Part shown: piece by piece, positions 28,594-39,885 of the stretch | Layout: the number at the start of each line of letters is the position of its first letter | How positions within the stretch are numbered: the stretch's first letter is position 1 | Origin: Epithemia pelagica | Taxonomy: Eukaryota > Protista > Bacillariophyta | Assembly (NCBI GenBank): GCA_946965045.2 | Contig: OX337229.1 | Coordinates: 6,138,001-6,202,000, forward strand | Direction of reading: 5' to 3' | Length of the DNA stretch: 64,000 nucleotides | The notes under the pieces: generated by a model | What the model was told of the DNA's origin: nothing | Seen by the model: only the letters and a program-made list of their open reading frames with translations | The model's database searches: none | Position numbers and translations under genes: made by a program

Positions 28594-31500
28594 GGCTGTG
28601 TGCCCAGTGATGAAATTGATAAAACGAATCTTATCCGTCCACATTTCTCACTTGTAGGCACCCCTACCTTCAGCTTAGCCTTTGCACACCGTTTATGTGC
28701 TGCCGTATCACAGTCCCATACCACTGATCCGATTGATCTGACATGTGAAATGGACTCGCATGCTGACACTTGTTGTGTTGGTCGCAACTTTGTGAAATTC
28801 AGGGAACCTGACCGTTACATCACTGTTTCCCCATTCTCAGAGGAATATAAACCCCTCGCGCGTATCCCCGTCACCACGACCGCCACTGTCTGGACTGATG
28901 CCCACAACAATAGTTATCTATTGCTGTTTCACGAGTCGTTATTCTTCGGGGACCGATTGTCCCAATCATTGATTTGTCCCAATCAACTGCGTCCAAACGG
29001 CCTCATTGTCCATGATGTGCCGCGTCAGTTTGACCCTTACAGCACACACAGCATTCGTATTCCCGATGCTGACCTGACCATTCCTCTAGAAATGTCCGGT
29101 GTTATCTCTGGCTTCGCGACCACGAAGCCAACCCCGGAGGAGCTCGAGTCGCTCCCACGGATAGTCATGACTGCTGATTCGGTGTGGCACCCTCATTCGT
29201 CCACCTTTGCTGCCGCGGAGGAGAAAGCCAATGCATCCAATGCATCTGCTGTCCGCCAAGTTGATCCGAATTCGATTGCCGCATCCTGTGTCCCGCGATT
29301 GGTTGCTGCCGTCCGATCATACGACGACACCTATGGCTATTGCATGGAACTTGAGAATGACGAGGATGAACTATGCAACCGCTTAGTTGCTGCCGTTCGA
29401 GTGTCCCATCCACCAAGTGCCGAGGACACTGTGGACATTGAGGACCTTGATCCCGACAAATACTTTCTCAAAGCCGTTCAGTCTGCTTCGTCACGACCAA
29501 CGAAAGCCGTAAAAGTCTTGCCATCTTCTTCTAAGCCTGTACTTGATCCCCAGACCTTGTCTTCTCGATGGAATGTCGGCCTAACTAAGGCCAAGAAGAC
29601 TTTACAAGTGACAACCCAGGCTGGGGTCCGAAATGTCCTTGTCCCATCTGAACGCAAGGTTCGAAAGAAAGCTCCATGGCTCAAATTCCCGAATGTCAAG
29701 GGACGATGGTTTTGCGACGAGATGTTCTCCAAGTGCCCATCGCTTGATCTTCACACGGGTGCTTCCGTATTTACTGATGGAAAGGGCTATGATTTTGTCT
29801 ATCCCTGGAAATCAAAGAAGCAACACCCTGAAGGTCTGATGTCCCTTATCCAGAATGTCGGAATTCCTCAGACGTTAATTTCTGATGGTGCGCAAGAGCT
29901 ATTTCATGGACGTTCTCGTGAGATCTGTAATGAGTACCATATCAAACAAGAAGTGACCGTCCCATACAGTCAATGGCAGAATGCCGCAGAAGCGAGCATC
30001 CGTGAGTTGAAGAAAGGTGTTATTAGGAAGTTACGTCAAACTGGTGCACCACGACGCACATGGTCCTATGCGCTGAAGTGGGTTGCCTCTGTCCGCCAGT
30101 TAACTGCCTCTGATATCCCTGAACTTAATGGACGAACGCCATTTGAACACGTTCTTGGATCGACACCCGACATCTCTCCCATGGCTTTGTTTGATTTCTA
30201 TCAACCTGTATACTATTATACGCCGTCGCATGACTTCCCTCATGAGCGTAAATGTATTGGGCGCTGGCTTGGTCTTGCCGATGACTGTATTGATGACATG
30301 GCCTTCAACGTCTTGACAGAGAAAGGTCGAGTTATTGTCCGAAAAGATGTGTGGGCAATCCCTGACGACGATATGAAAAATCCCACAATCCGTCAACAAC
30401 TGGAAGTCTATGATGGTCTTATCAAGACTCTCCTCGTGGATACATCGCCGTCCTCCGATGAAGATGCCGCCAACGTTTCCCCTGATCCACCCGATGATTT
30501 CTTTGGAGAAGACGAAAGCGAATCTCTCTTTCCTGCTGCTCTTGACTCCGATACACCTCTCCCTGATGCTGACGATTACACTCCAGAGGAGTTAGACGAA
30601 TATCTCACAGCCGAAGTCATGCTGCCGCATGGCGGGGACCAGGCCAGAGCCAAGATCATAGGCCGCTCCAAAGATGAACATGGCCGACCAATTGGCAAAC
30701 GTGATCCAAATCCAATCTTAGACACACGTTTCTATGACGTGCTGTATCCCGATGGATCGACCGAATCTCTTGCTGCCAATCTCATTGCCGAGAACCTTTA
30801 CTCTCAAGTCGACACTGAGGGCAACTCCTATGCCATTGTGAAGGATATCATTGGACATCGCAAAACCAAGGACGCTGTCCTCCGAACGGATCCGGACTGG
30901 TTGAATGGCCGTAAACGCCATACAACCGTTGGTTGGGAACATGAGTGTGAACTCTCCGATGGTTCTACTGTTTGGATCCCTCTCAAAGATCTCAAAAACG
31001 ATTCGCCTGTACAACTAGCCGAATATGCTGTTGCGGCGGGGCTTGCCAAAGAACCGGCCTATGCCTGGTGGGTTCCACATACGTTACGCAAACGTGGTGT
31101 GCTTCTTGCAAAAGTAAAATCTCGCTATTGGAAACGTACCCACAAATATGGTATTGAACTGCCCAAAACCGTTCAAGAAGCTCTTGAGATTGATCGTCGA
31201 ACGGGGACTGATTTCTGGCGGAAAGCCATCGAAAAGGAGATGAAAAATGTTCGCATTGCCTTTGAATTCCGTGATGATGACAAAGTACCAATTGGATACA
31301 AACATATCCCGTGTCATATGGTCTTTGATATCAAGTCTGATCTTCGCCGTAAAGCCCGACTGGTTGCCGGCGGGCATAAGACTGATCCACCGAAGGAATC
31401 CACGTACTCCAGTGTTGTATCTCGTGATAGCGTACGAATTGCATTCACTATCGCTGCCCTTAATGGCCTGGACGTGTTGGCCGGGGACGTACAAAATGCA

Positions 31501-32850
31501 TACCTCAATGCACCAACAAAAGAGCGAACTTATATTACGGCGGGACTAGAATTTGGTCCCGAAAACGTTGGCCGACCTGCACTGATTGTTCGTGCTCTGT
31601 ATGGTTTGAAGAGTTCTGCTGCTCGTTGGCGTGATCACATTGCCGCAACACTTCGTGAAATGAAGTTCAACAGTTGCTTGGCTGACCCTGATGTCTGGCT
31701 TCGACCTCAAGTCCGACCATCTGATGGGTTCCAATACTATGAGTATGTACTTGTCTACATAGACGACATACTCTGTGTCAGTCATGATCCGCGATCGATC
31801 ATGAATGATCTGGAAAAACGGTATACCATCAAACCCGAGAGTATTAAAGACCCAGACGAATACTTGGGATCTGAGATTCGACACTATACCATACCAGATA
31901 CTGACGATCCTGAGAACAAACCCCGATGGGCCATGTCCTCCGACAAATATGTTAAACGTGCCATATCTGAAATTGAGACCGAACTGTCTAAAGTTGGCCA
32001 AAAGCTACAGACACGAGTCTCAACTCCGCTTGCCACTGGGTATCGTCCTGAGATCGACTCATCTCCTGAACTGGACCCCCGACGTGCAAATTACTATCAG
32101 GGACTAATTGGTATCCTTCGTTGGGTTGTGGAACTTGGTCGTATCGATATCATTGTTGCCGTATCACAACTGTCCCGATATCTAGCCATGCCACGTGAAG
32201 GACACCTCGAACAAGCCTTGCACATTTTTGCATACCTAAAAGCGCATGGACGTTCCACCCTAGTGTTCGACGACACAACTCCGACCTTCGACGAGGATCG
32301 TTTCTTCCAGGCAGACTGGTCTGAATACTACCCTGATGCTAGTGACCCTTTGCCGCCCAATATGCCACCACCTCGTGGACGGGCTGTTACCACAACTTGT
32401 TTTGTTGATGCCGATCACGCTGGTTGTCTTGCTACGCGTCGCTCACAAACTGGTATTCTTATGTTCTTACAACGAGCACCTATCTTGTGGTATTCCAAAC
32501 GACAGAGTACTGTTGAGACATCAACATTTGGCTCCGAATTTGTCGCAATGAAGACTGCCATCGAACAGATAGAGGGTTTCCGTTACAAGTTGAGAATGAT
32601 GGGCATTCCACTTGATGGCGAAACCAATGTGTTCTGTGATAATGAATCTGTGTTCAAGAGTGCAACCATGCCTGAAGTCACTCTGAAGAAGAAACACAAT
32701 GCGATTGCTTACCATCGCACACGTGAGGCACAAGCCGCCAACATCGTGCGTATCGCCTGGGAAGAAGGTGAAACCAATCTTGCGGACCTGCTGACAAAAT
32801 CGTTACCAGGACCCCGATTGCGTTTTCTAGCACAACGTGTTTTGTGGTGA
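28594..32850 (+). CDS. Copia B Pol (PR-IN-RT-RH), in frame with gag after a single TGA
   Basis: EMDSHADTCCVG; WFCDEMF/LISDGAQE/QNAAEASIRE; VLVYIDDIL; FVDADHAG/FCDN; no interruptions. Confidence 0.95.
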   Translation, partial: GCVPSDEIDKTNLIRPHFSLVGTPTFSLAFAHRLCAAVSQSHTTDPIDLTCEMDSHADTCCVGRNFVKFREPDRYITVSPFSEEYKPLARIPVTTTATVWTDAHNNSYLLLFHESLFFGDRLSQSLICPNQLRPNGLIVHDVPRQFDPYSTHSIRIPDADLTIPLEMSGVISGFATTKPTPEELESLPRIVMTADSVWHPHSSTFAAAEEKANASNASAVRQVDPNSIAASCVPRLVAAVRSYDDTYGYCMELENDEDELCNRLVAAVRVSHPPSAEDTVDIEDLDPDKYFLKAVQSASSRPTKAVKVLPSSSKPVLDPQTLSSRWNVGLTKAKKTLQVTTQAGVRNVLVPSERKVRKKAPWLKFPNVKGRWFCDEMFSKCPSLDLHTGASVFTDGKGYDFVYPWKSKKQHPEGLMSLIQNVGIPQTLISDGAQELFHGRSREICNEYHIKQEVTVPYSQWQNAAEASIRELKKGVIRKLRQTGAPRRTWSYALKWVASVRQLTASDIPELNGRTPFEHVLGSTPDISPMALFDFYQPVYYYTPSHDFPHERKCIGRWLGLADDCIDDMAFNVLTEKGRVIVRKDVWAIPDDDMKNPTIRQQLEVYDGLIKTLLVDTSPSSDEDAANVSPDPPDDFFGEDESESLFPAALDSDTPLPDADDYTPEELDEYLTAEVMLPHGGDQARAKIIGRSKDEHGRPIGKRDPNPILDTRFYDVLYPDGSTESLAANLIAENLYSQVDTEGNSYAIVKDIIGHRKTKDAVLRTDPDWLNGRKRHTTVGWEHECELSDGSTVWIPLKDLKNDSPVQLAEYAVAAGLAKEPAYAWWVPHTLRKRGVLLAKVKSRYWKRTHKYGIELPKTVQEALEIDRRTGTDFWRKAIEKEMKNVRIAFEFRDDDKVPIGYKHIPCHMVFDIKSDLRRKARLVAGGHKTDPPKESTYSSVVSRDSVRIAFTIAALNGLDVLAGDVQNAYLNAPTKERTYITAGLEFGPENVGRPALIVRALYGLKSSAARWRDHIAATLREMKFNSCLADPDVWLRPQVRPSDGFQYYEYVLVYIDDILCVSHDPRSIMNDLEKRYTIKPESIKDPDEYLGSEIRHYTIPDTDDPENKPRWAMSSDKYVKRAISEIETELSKVGQKLQTRVSTPLATGYRPEIDSSPELDPRRANYYQGLIGILRWVVELGRIDIIVAVSQLSRYLAMPREGHLEQALHIFAYLKAHGRSTLVFDDTTPTFDEDRFFQADWSEYYPDASDPLPPNMPPPRGRAVTTTCFVDADHAGCLATRRSQTGILMFLQRAPILWYSKRQSTVETSTFGSEFVAMKTAIEQIEGFRYKLRMMGIPLDGETNVFCDNESVFKSATMPEVTLKKKHNAIAYHRTREAQAANIVRIAWEEGETNLADLLTKSLPGPRLRFLAQRVLW

Positions 32851-33004
32851 TTACATGATCGAATTCATTGTCCTCACACCCCTCTTTTATTGTCCGAATA
32901 GACACCCCTCTTAATTGAGAAAAAATAGTCCTGATGGACCGGCCTCTGCTGAAACAAGTCGTGGGCGACCTAGTCGAAATGCTTCCGATCTAGCTCGCGG
33001 GGAC

Positions 33005-33178
33005 TGAATAAATCCCGCCAACAGGTCGCATATTGGCGGATACATGGTCGCATATTGGCGAATATGCATCGCCTACATATGCTGCTACGCATCTAGTTTT
33101 CTAGTCATAATTTTGGTCTAGCCACTTGTTGCACGCCGTATACACCGTGTTGTAGCGTGTAGTGGCAGGATTTATACA
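33005..33178 (+). repeat. 3' LTR of copia B (174 bp), preceded by PPT-like GCGGGGAC (32997-33004)
   Basis: Matches 17172-17267 + 26203-26280; contains GGTCGCATATTGGCG twice. Confidence 0.93.
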
Positions 33179-35512
33179 GCATGTTGTGTCGCTTCGGATA
33201 TGGCTTCGACAGTTGTTCCAATCCGGGATTGGAAAGATGATGATATGGCCTCGGAGAAACGCATGATTTTCCGATCAGTTTCCATGTTCATCCGAATTTC
33301 CATTTGCTTCAAGTGGTTGATAATAGCCTCTGTACTCTTCGTCATACTTTCCTTAACATTGTCGATTTCAAAGAAAATCTGGTACATGTGTTCCTTCAAA
33401 ATTTCATGTTCCACATTGAGATGCTCAAATCGTTGATTCACACCGGGAAGACACTGGTCAATAGCACGTATCTTGGGATCTTGGGAAGTTTCGTTAAGTT
33501 TCGAAAGTAACTTGTGCATTTCGTCTTTATAGGCCAGAAACTCAGGATCTTGGAATATGGGAAAATCAGTAAAAAGAATGTGTGTCAAACGGATTTCTGA
33601 CTCTTGCGAGTCGGTAGGGTCAGGGTGTTCGAGAATCGACATAATGGCAGCCACATCTTGTATAAGGACATCACGGAGAAAACGGAGGAAATGTAGGAAA
33701 CAATATGCGGTAGGGTGTTTCTTCCTGGCACTCGTGTTCTGCTCTTTTTCGGCATCTGTTAAGTCTGATGAAACCCATTCCTCCTTCTGTTCCAGCCAGG
33801 GCCATATTTTTTGTGCCAGTGAAGGTGGTACGGTCAGTCTGTCTCTGGGTAGCCAGTATCCGTCAGACTGTTCGAAGCCAGCCATACAACGGATCGCAGC
33901 AATAGGTATTTTAGAAGAATAACGTGTCTCTTGGGTATCTCTATCCCAGTTACCTGTGTACAAAAATATAAACCAGTGAGATACATTTGGCTGTCATATG
34001 AGCAGAGTGGTACCAGCGAACACTTACCTAACTGTTTGATAAGCTCAGGGCTTATCTCTTTGAATTCGCAATGAGTCGGTGCAATGTGCCTGCACCAGTG
34101 GGTAGTGTAGTCCGACACGATACCGAGTTGATTGAAGATATTCTCGATTTCTGTACGAAAATTCGAAACCTTCACTGATTCTGTAGGTGAACCATCTGCA
34201 CTTGTAAGAATTTTGAAGTCAAACCAAGAAGAGTTGTTCCGTAAATCAGGTTGGTTGAATGTTCCAGAGAATTCCTCGGTCATATGGAACCGAAAAAACA
34301 AATACATAGCCATTGCTCCAATGGGACAGGCCATTACGTTTCGATGACGTGTTGCACGAGCAAACTGTGATGGTGCACCGGCTTTTATGGTCTTTCCCGT
34401 TTGGCACTCCATGAGTACAATCGGCATCTTGTCGATATCGCCAGGACGGTTAATCGCAAAAACTCTTAGGTCGGACAATTCCGCTAGATGCAGACTCTCG
34501 CTCCGTAGTATAGAGGCGTAGTTCATCAAGAATGAAAAGCGGTGTCGTAAAGAAGCAAAGACAGTCTTGTTGGTATTCGACTTTCCGTCATACCTGCAAC
34601 CGCGAGACCAAAACATATACTCGATCTTGTTAATCATTTCAAAATGCTCGAAGGGAGATGTCTCATTCACTTTCTCCTTGTAGTTACGTTTCTTAACACG
34701 GGTAGTCCGTGACTGTAGAAATAATAGTTATGAGAGATGATATGCACAGACAGGGTCAACAGTCGACAGACAGTCACCAATTCACTGGTTAAACGTACCT
34801 TCGCTATATATATCAGAGATCGGACACGTGGAGAGTCCACATCGCTCCATACTCGTTCTCCGTCTTTCTTCGACCCCTGAGTGTCCCATTGGTGTTTGAG
34901 AGCACTCCTGTACGTATTGATTGTAGATTCGGAGAGGGGGTTAGTGGGATCAAGATTGCCTGGAGGGATTTTGGCACCGGGAGAGTGTTTCAGAAGATTG
35001 ATGATAGGCTTGTATGTTCTGATAACATGCTTGAAGTCTGCGTAATCGAAATCTCCAGGTTTTTTTCGTTTTCCTTTTGTTTTTTCGCGAAACACGTTGT
35101 AAAAAATAAAATAGAAAGTACCGGGTTCATCCACGAGAAACTGCGATCCAGCAGGCAGGTAGGCACGGTGAATTCGGCAAAAACTCAAATACTCCTTGAT
35201 TTTGTATTCGTACGCTTTTCTCGTATTTTCGTTTTTGAGAGAATCGCTTACGGTTTTCGTCAATGATTCCATCATCGTTTCCATCTCTTCGTCGTCCATA
35301 CCGATGGGAGATTCCTCCTCCATCTCCGTTGCTGTAGCGTTAGCCGTAGGGGTTGTAGGAGCAGGCGTTGTAGGAGTAGGCGTTGTTGTAGATCCATTGC
35401 GTGGAGTACGCTGGGGAGATCGCTCAGGACTGCTGACAAGGGAGTCATCTTCCTCCTCACGATGAGGACGACGACGACGAGAAGAACGGGCACGAGAAGG
35501 AGGGGTGGACAT
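33179..35512 (-). pseudogene. 5' part of the Crypton-type tyrosine recombinase gene (NDC10_II-like), introns 34713-34798 and 33954-34027; 974 aa when rejoined to 16417-17171
   Basis: Catalytic set R (LRSES), K (GKTIK), HxxR (HWCRH), W (GNW), Y (TRYSS); ATRHRNVMACPIGAMAMYLFFRF motif; canonical GT-AG introns restore a single frame. Confidence 0.88.
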
Positions 35513-36442
35513 GCTTTGTAGTTGCCTCTTTAATGAAATTATGAGACTGTTTCTATCTTAGCCTATGCGTAAAAGAAGATGTGGATGCCTATGATGATCG
35601 TTCCTAATGATTTGGACATGAAATAGGATGGCCAATGATGGCCAATGCCATGCAACAAAAAAGAGTGGAAGATGGGTAAACGCTGCATCCCCAGGCATCT
35701 ACGAATGGATTTGTACAGTAGTATCAGGGCGATGAACGCCTGGAATGCCGTCCATTGAGGACGGTATGCTTTGGCGACTGAGAGTATGCATGCACCTATC
35801 GCCGTATGTATCTTATGTCTTTGGTGGTAAGGACAGACTGCATTGGAAGAGGGTCAGACCGTTGGCCTGGGAGAAATAATAAGTAATTATTCTGAAAATA
35901 ATGACGTGATACTACTGCCAGGCCAGTGGCCTGGGCCAAAGTTTGGTGTGGCAGACAGACGAATATCGTGGTTGGCTTGGCCTCGACTTTGGCCTGGCAC
36001 GAAATAAAGTTGACTCGTAAAGAATATCCCAACCACGTGATAAGTCTACAGTGTAGATCTGTATTATTTCCGGCGCGTTAGCGAACGAAAGTAGAATACT
36101 TCCGAAAACCTAGGTAGCGCCCACATCTTTCGCCTCCTTGTCGATCTTTTGGGCCCATTGGTTCTTAAACCATGGAACGACCAATGCTGACATCATAACG
36201 CCAGAGACAGCCCCAACAATCGAGCCTTTGGACGAGGAACGAAATCGAAAAGCAGCGCGCCATCGATTTCCCGGCACATGCACAACGAATAAAAATACCG
36301 CAGTCTGTTTTTATAAATTTATGTTCGGCTACTCCAAAGCGACGACTCAATCATTCCTAACTTTGCATCGCAGCAGATCAGACTCACCTTGACAATCGAT
36401 GAACGCACTTCATAACCCTCCTTACTTTGCTCTTGCGCGCCT

Positions 36443-39400
36443 TTAGTGATTGGGCCACAATCCCACATATTCCAACGAAATGGTTTCGACATAGACACGC
36501 ATGATAAAATCCTTGAGAGCGACCACGACAACCTTTTCGGATCCTTCCTTGATCTTGAACGAGTTGGACGTCAGACTTCCAACCAAAGGACCGACAGATT
36601 GCGTGTCCCAATCGACCCGATCGGTACCGACTCCAAACCCAAGTAACTGCGAAACCCCATCTTGGGAACCCAGGCCCGAGCACTGAATCTTGGCCCGGTA
36701 ATAGCCTGGCATGACATTCTCCAGGCGCCACGAAATGAGGTCGCCCTGGAACCGAAAATACAGCTTTTCGCGCTTCTTGTCTTGAAACAGCCGCACCGTA
36801 CAGGTCGATGAGCCCGAGACTGACGTTCGCACAAGCCAAAGAGAAGGCTGGTGCACAATACAAAGTCTCAATCGCCCGTCCTGTGCATCCTCGAGAACCT
36901 CTTGCAACCGATCATTGTCCGTGACTTTGACTTCTTTCCAACCGCCCTTGTCATACACAAGTGCCAAGTTATGCTCACCGCACATGGCTTGAGCCCGTGC
37001 CATGACCTTTCCAAACGATGCTCGGCCATTCTCCATCACCTCTTCCATATCCATCACTGCAATGAAACAAAGGAATCGTGAGTCAAACAGAGAATATCCC
37101 TTTGGTCATCTGCTGCTATTGCTTACCCTCATCGTCTAATCTGTGGGATTGAAGCACAAGACGTGTTGGTCCAGTCGTCTTGTTCTTCTCTTCCGGAACA
37201 TGGGAGTTGTCCTCTGTAGTTGGTTCCGTTTCATTGTCAGTGGCGTGGTCCAACTCCTCCTTCGGAGCAGAAGTCTTGCCTTCCGCATCTTGGTCCTTCA
37301 ACTCGATGATCTGAGTAGCCGGTCCCATTTGCTCGAGCGATTGCTGCTCCAACACCTCGGCTTGAGGCGCAGTCGGACTTGGAGCATCGCTTGGACTCGT
37401 CGCCTCTGCTGGGGCCTGCTGGAATCGACTTTCAAGCAGTGCTAGCTTGGTATCCAGATCCTCTTTCTCCCGATCCAGACGCTCCTGTAAGTTCTCCATT
37501 TCCTTCATGCTCTCACCAATATCTTGCTTCATTTGCCGCAACTCGTGCCAATTCCCGTCTCGGTCTTGTTTCAGCATGTCCTTCATTTTCTCACCGAGAT
37601 CATGGTTCATTTGCCGCAACTCGTGCCATTTCTCTTCTCGGTCTTGGTTCAGCATTCCCTTCATTTTCTCAACAAGATCTTGCTTCATTTGTCGCAACTC
37701 GTGCTCTTGCGCTTCTCCGTCTTGTTTCAGGGATTTCAAGCCAACCCGAAGTTGGCCAATCTCGTGTTGGCTCGATACCATTTCGATTTGCTGAACTTCT
37801 TTCAAATTCTTTACATCGCTGGCAAGTTCGGTCGTTTCAAGCTTGATTTGCCTCATAGCTTCGTGCAGTCCATTCAGTTCAGCGACCACCCAACGATTCT
37901 CGGATTGCGCTCCTGTCCCATCGAGACCACCATCATGAGCTTGCACACCATCGCGGTCGACTGGCAAAGAATGGCAATGTGGCTCCGTTGTTACTTGACG
38001 TTGCTCCAAGTCTTCGGCCAAACGAGAATGCGCCCTCTGCTCAGTTGCCTCGATCGCTTCCATGGTCTCGGTCCGAGTGTTGTTCTCATCTTCTGGCAAT
38101 GCTTCCTCGCCATTCACAGTCTCAACCGTTGGTTGCTCCTCCTCCGCTTCCATATCCACGTCTTCGTTTGGCAAATCTTCCTCCTTGTTCTTTGGCAGGC
38201 GAAGTTCTGTTGTCCTTTCCTTATCTTCGTCCGACACGCCTGCGTCCTTGTTTGTTTCCTTGACTTTAAGCTCAACCAACGAGTCTAACTGCCGCTTCAG
38301 AGCCATGAATCCGGCAACCAAAGCCACCAACATGAGCATCACCAAGACAATCAAGGTATGTAAAACAAACTTTTCCATGCCCAGCTCGAATTGGGACCAC
38401 ACCATCCCACGAGATTCTGTATGACCAAAACTGGTCGCATTGCCTGCCATACTGTGCTCTCCAACGGTGGCAGCCATGCTCCCAGTTACAAACTCCAAGG
38501 GTTCACGTTCGAGAAAGGCTTCTCCTCGCTCGAGAAACGCTACGCGAGCAGCGAGTCTGGCAATCCACCAAAACTGAACCAACACTGTAGCGATCAACCC
38601 TGCAACAAGTCCTTTTCCAATTACACCAACAACCAAAGGGTTGTTGCGAATCTGAGCCATAAGACCTTTGAGTTCTTGCCAAGAATCTCCCAAAGTCGCA
38701 TTCGGTCCTGTGGTAGGATCCTTGCCAAAACAGTTGGCTGATAAGGTTCCGCGGGGCGCAGCAAGACAGCGTTTGCACGACAAGATGATGGACGACATAG
38801 TTCCAATCGAATCACTTTCTGAACATGAACTGGTCCGATTGCCTTGGTCTTGGTGATCCTGGGCCGGTTCCTCTTTTTTCGTGGCAATGGACCGTTTGGA
38901 ACTTGGTGATTCACGGACATGACTCGAACGATCGGGTACGAATGATACCAAATGCTCATTTGTGTTCTCAGAATCATGGATCTTTTCGGACAATGCGTCA
39001 TTGCCAACCACAGAACCATGATTGTTGACAGTCGTATGTTCAGGAACACCCGTGGTGGAACACAAGAGGGACGAAATGGTGTAACTCGAATCATTATCCA
39101 AAGATTGATTGGCCCGATTGCCTTGATCTTGACCGGACCGATTCAATTCCTGATTAGTCGAAGCGGAAGGTGGTTTTGAAGTATCTTGTGATTCCCTGAT
39201 ATTACCCGAAAGATCAGTCGACAATGTTATCAAATTCTCAGTCGTCATCTCAGTATCGTGGAAAGTGTTGGATGATTCCTTCGTGTTCACCGCCGAGTCT
39301 TGGTCAATGACACTTGAATTTCCGGAGAACCTGCCCGATTCCGGAAAATCTGGAACACCGACAGTGCGAGGAATGGAACCAGTAGACGTAGACCGGGTGG

Positions 39401-39885
39401 TGGGGGCGCGAAACGCAACATGAACGGTAAGATTGTCGTCCACTACCTTGACCAATCCTTCATCGTCCTTCACCTCGGCCATTTCTTCATAAGAGATGGG
39501 TTTGTTGTTATCGTGGTACCGGAAAGGTTGCATCGTGCTTGATTCATCCGAATCCATGCCCTCTTGAAGCTTGTTACTCAACATTTTCATGCAAGGTTTT
39601 CCTGTCATCGGGTTCGTGAAATCCGTGACTGCAATCTGATAATCAAATTGGTTATTAACTGCGGAAGAAATTGGTGTAAGAGTGAAATAGTGTTAGTCTT
39701 CTTTGTTCCAGCTCGATCTATTCATGGTTCATGGCAGAGCCCTCTGCTCCCTTACCTTGTTCCGATGCCTCGACGAGGTCGCTCTCCGAAAAGGACAAGG
39801 ACGTAGCCGCTTCTTCAGCCCGGGGTAATTTGAGTGGAGAAGATGACTTGACAAAGAGTGTCTTGTGTTCGTAAGAAACTTTCAT
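36443..39885 (-). CDS. Large membrane/coiled-coil protein of unknown function, 3 exons (introns 39629-39755, 37057-37126)
   Basis: Phase-1 GT-AG introns join 39885-39756, the 830-aa ORF and 36443-37056. Two hydrophobic segments, about 2.7 copies of a 26-aa HELRQM repeat, and a PB1-like stretch (VYDKGGWKEVKVTDNDRLQEVL). Confidence 0.6.

Larger units (their letters stand above)
17172..33178 (+). mobile_element. Ty1/copia LTR retrotransposon B (CoDi-like), 174-bp LTRs, 4-bp TSD GCAT, 5' LTR interrupted by element A
   Basis: 5' LTR = 17172-17267 + 26203-26280 and 3' LTR = 33005-33178, identical by eye. TG...CA ends with 14/16 terminal inverted repeat. GCAT at 17168-17171 and 33179-33182. PR-IN-RT-RH domain order. 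Confidence 0.93.

Noticed and set aside
32926-33006. Possible hammerhead ribozyme or SECIS in the copia B 3' UTR (CTGATG...GAAA)
   Set aside because: The core lacks A9, no UH triplet precedes the stem I partner, and the stems do not fit SECIS geometry.
33005-33178. 174-bp duplication read as a giant TSD around an LTR-less copia
   Set aside because: The repeat has TG...CA ends, terminal inverted repeats, an adjacent PBS and PPT, and its own 4-bp TSD, so it is a short LTR.
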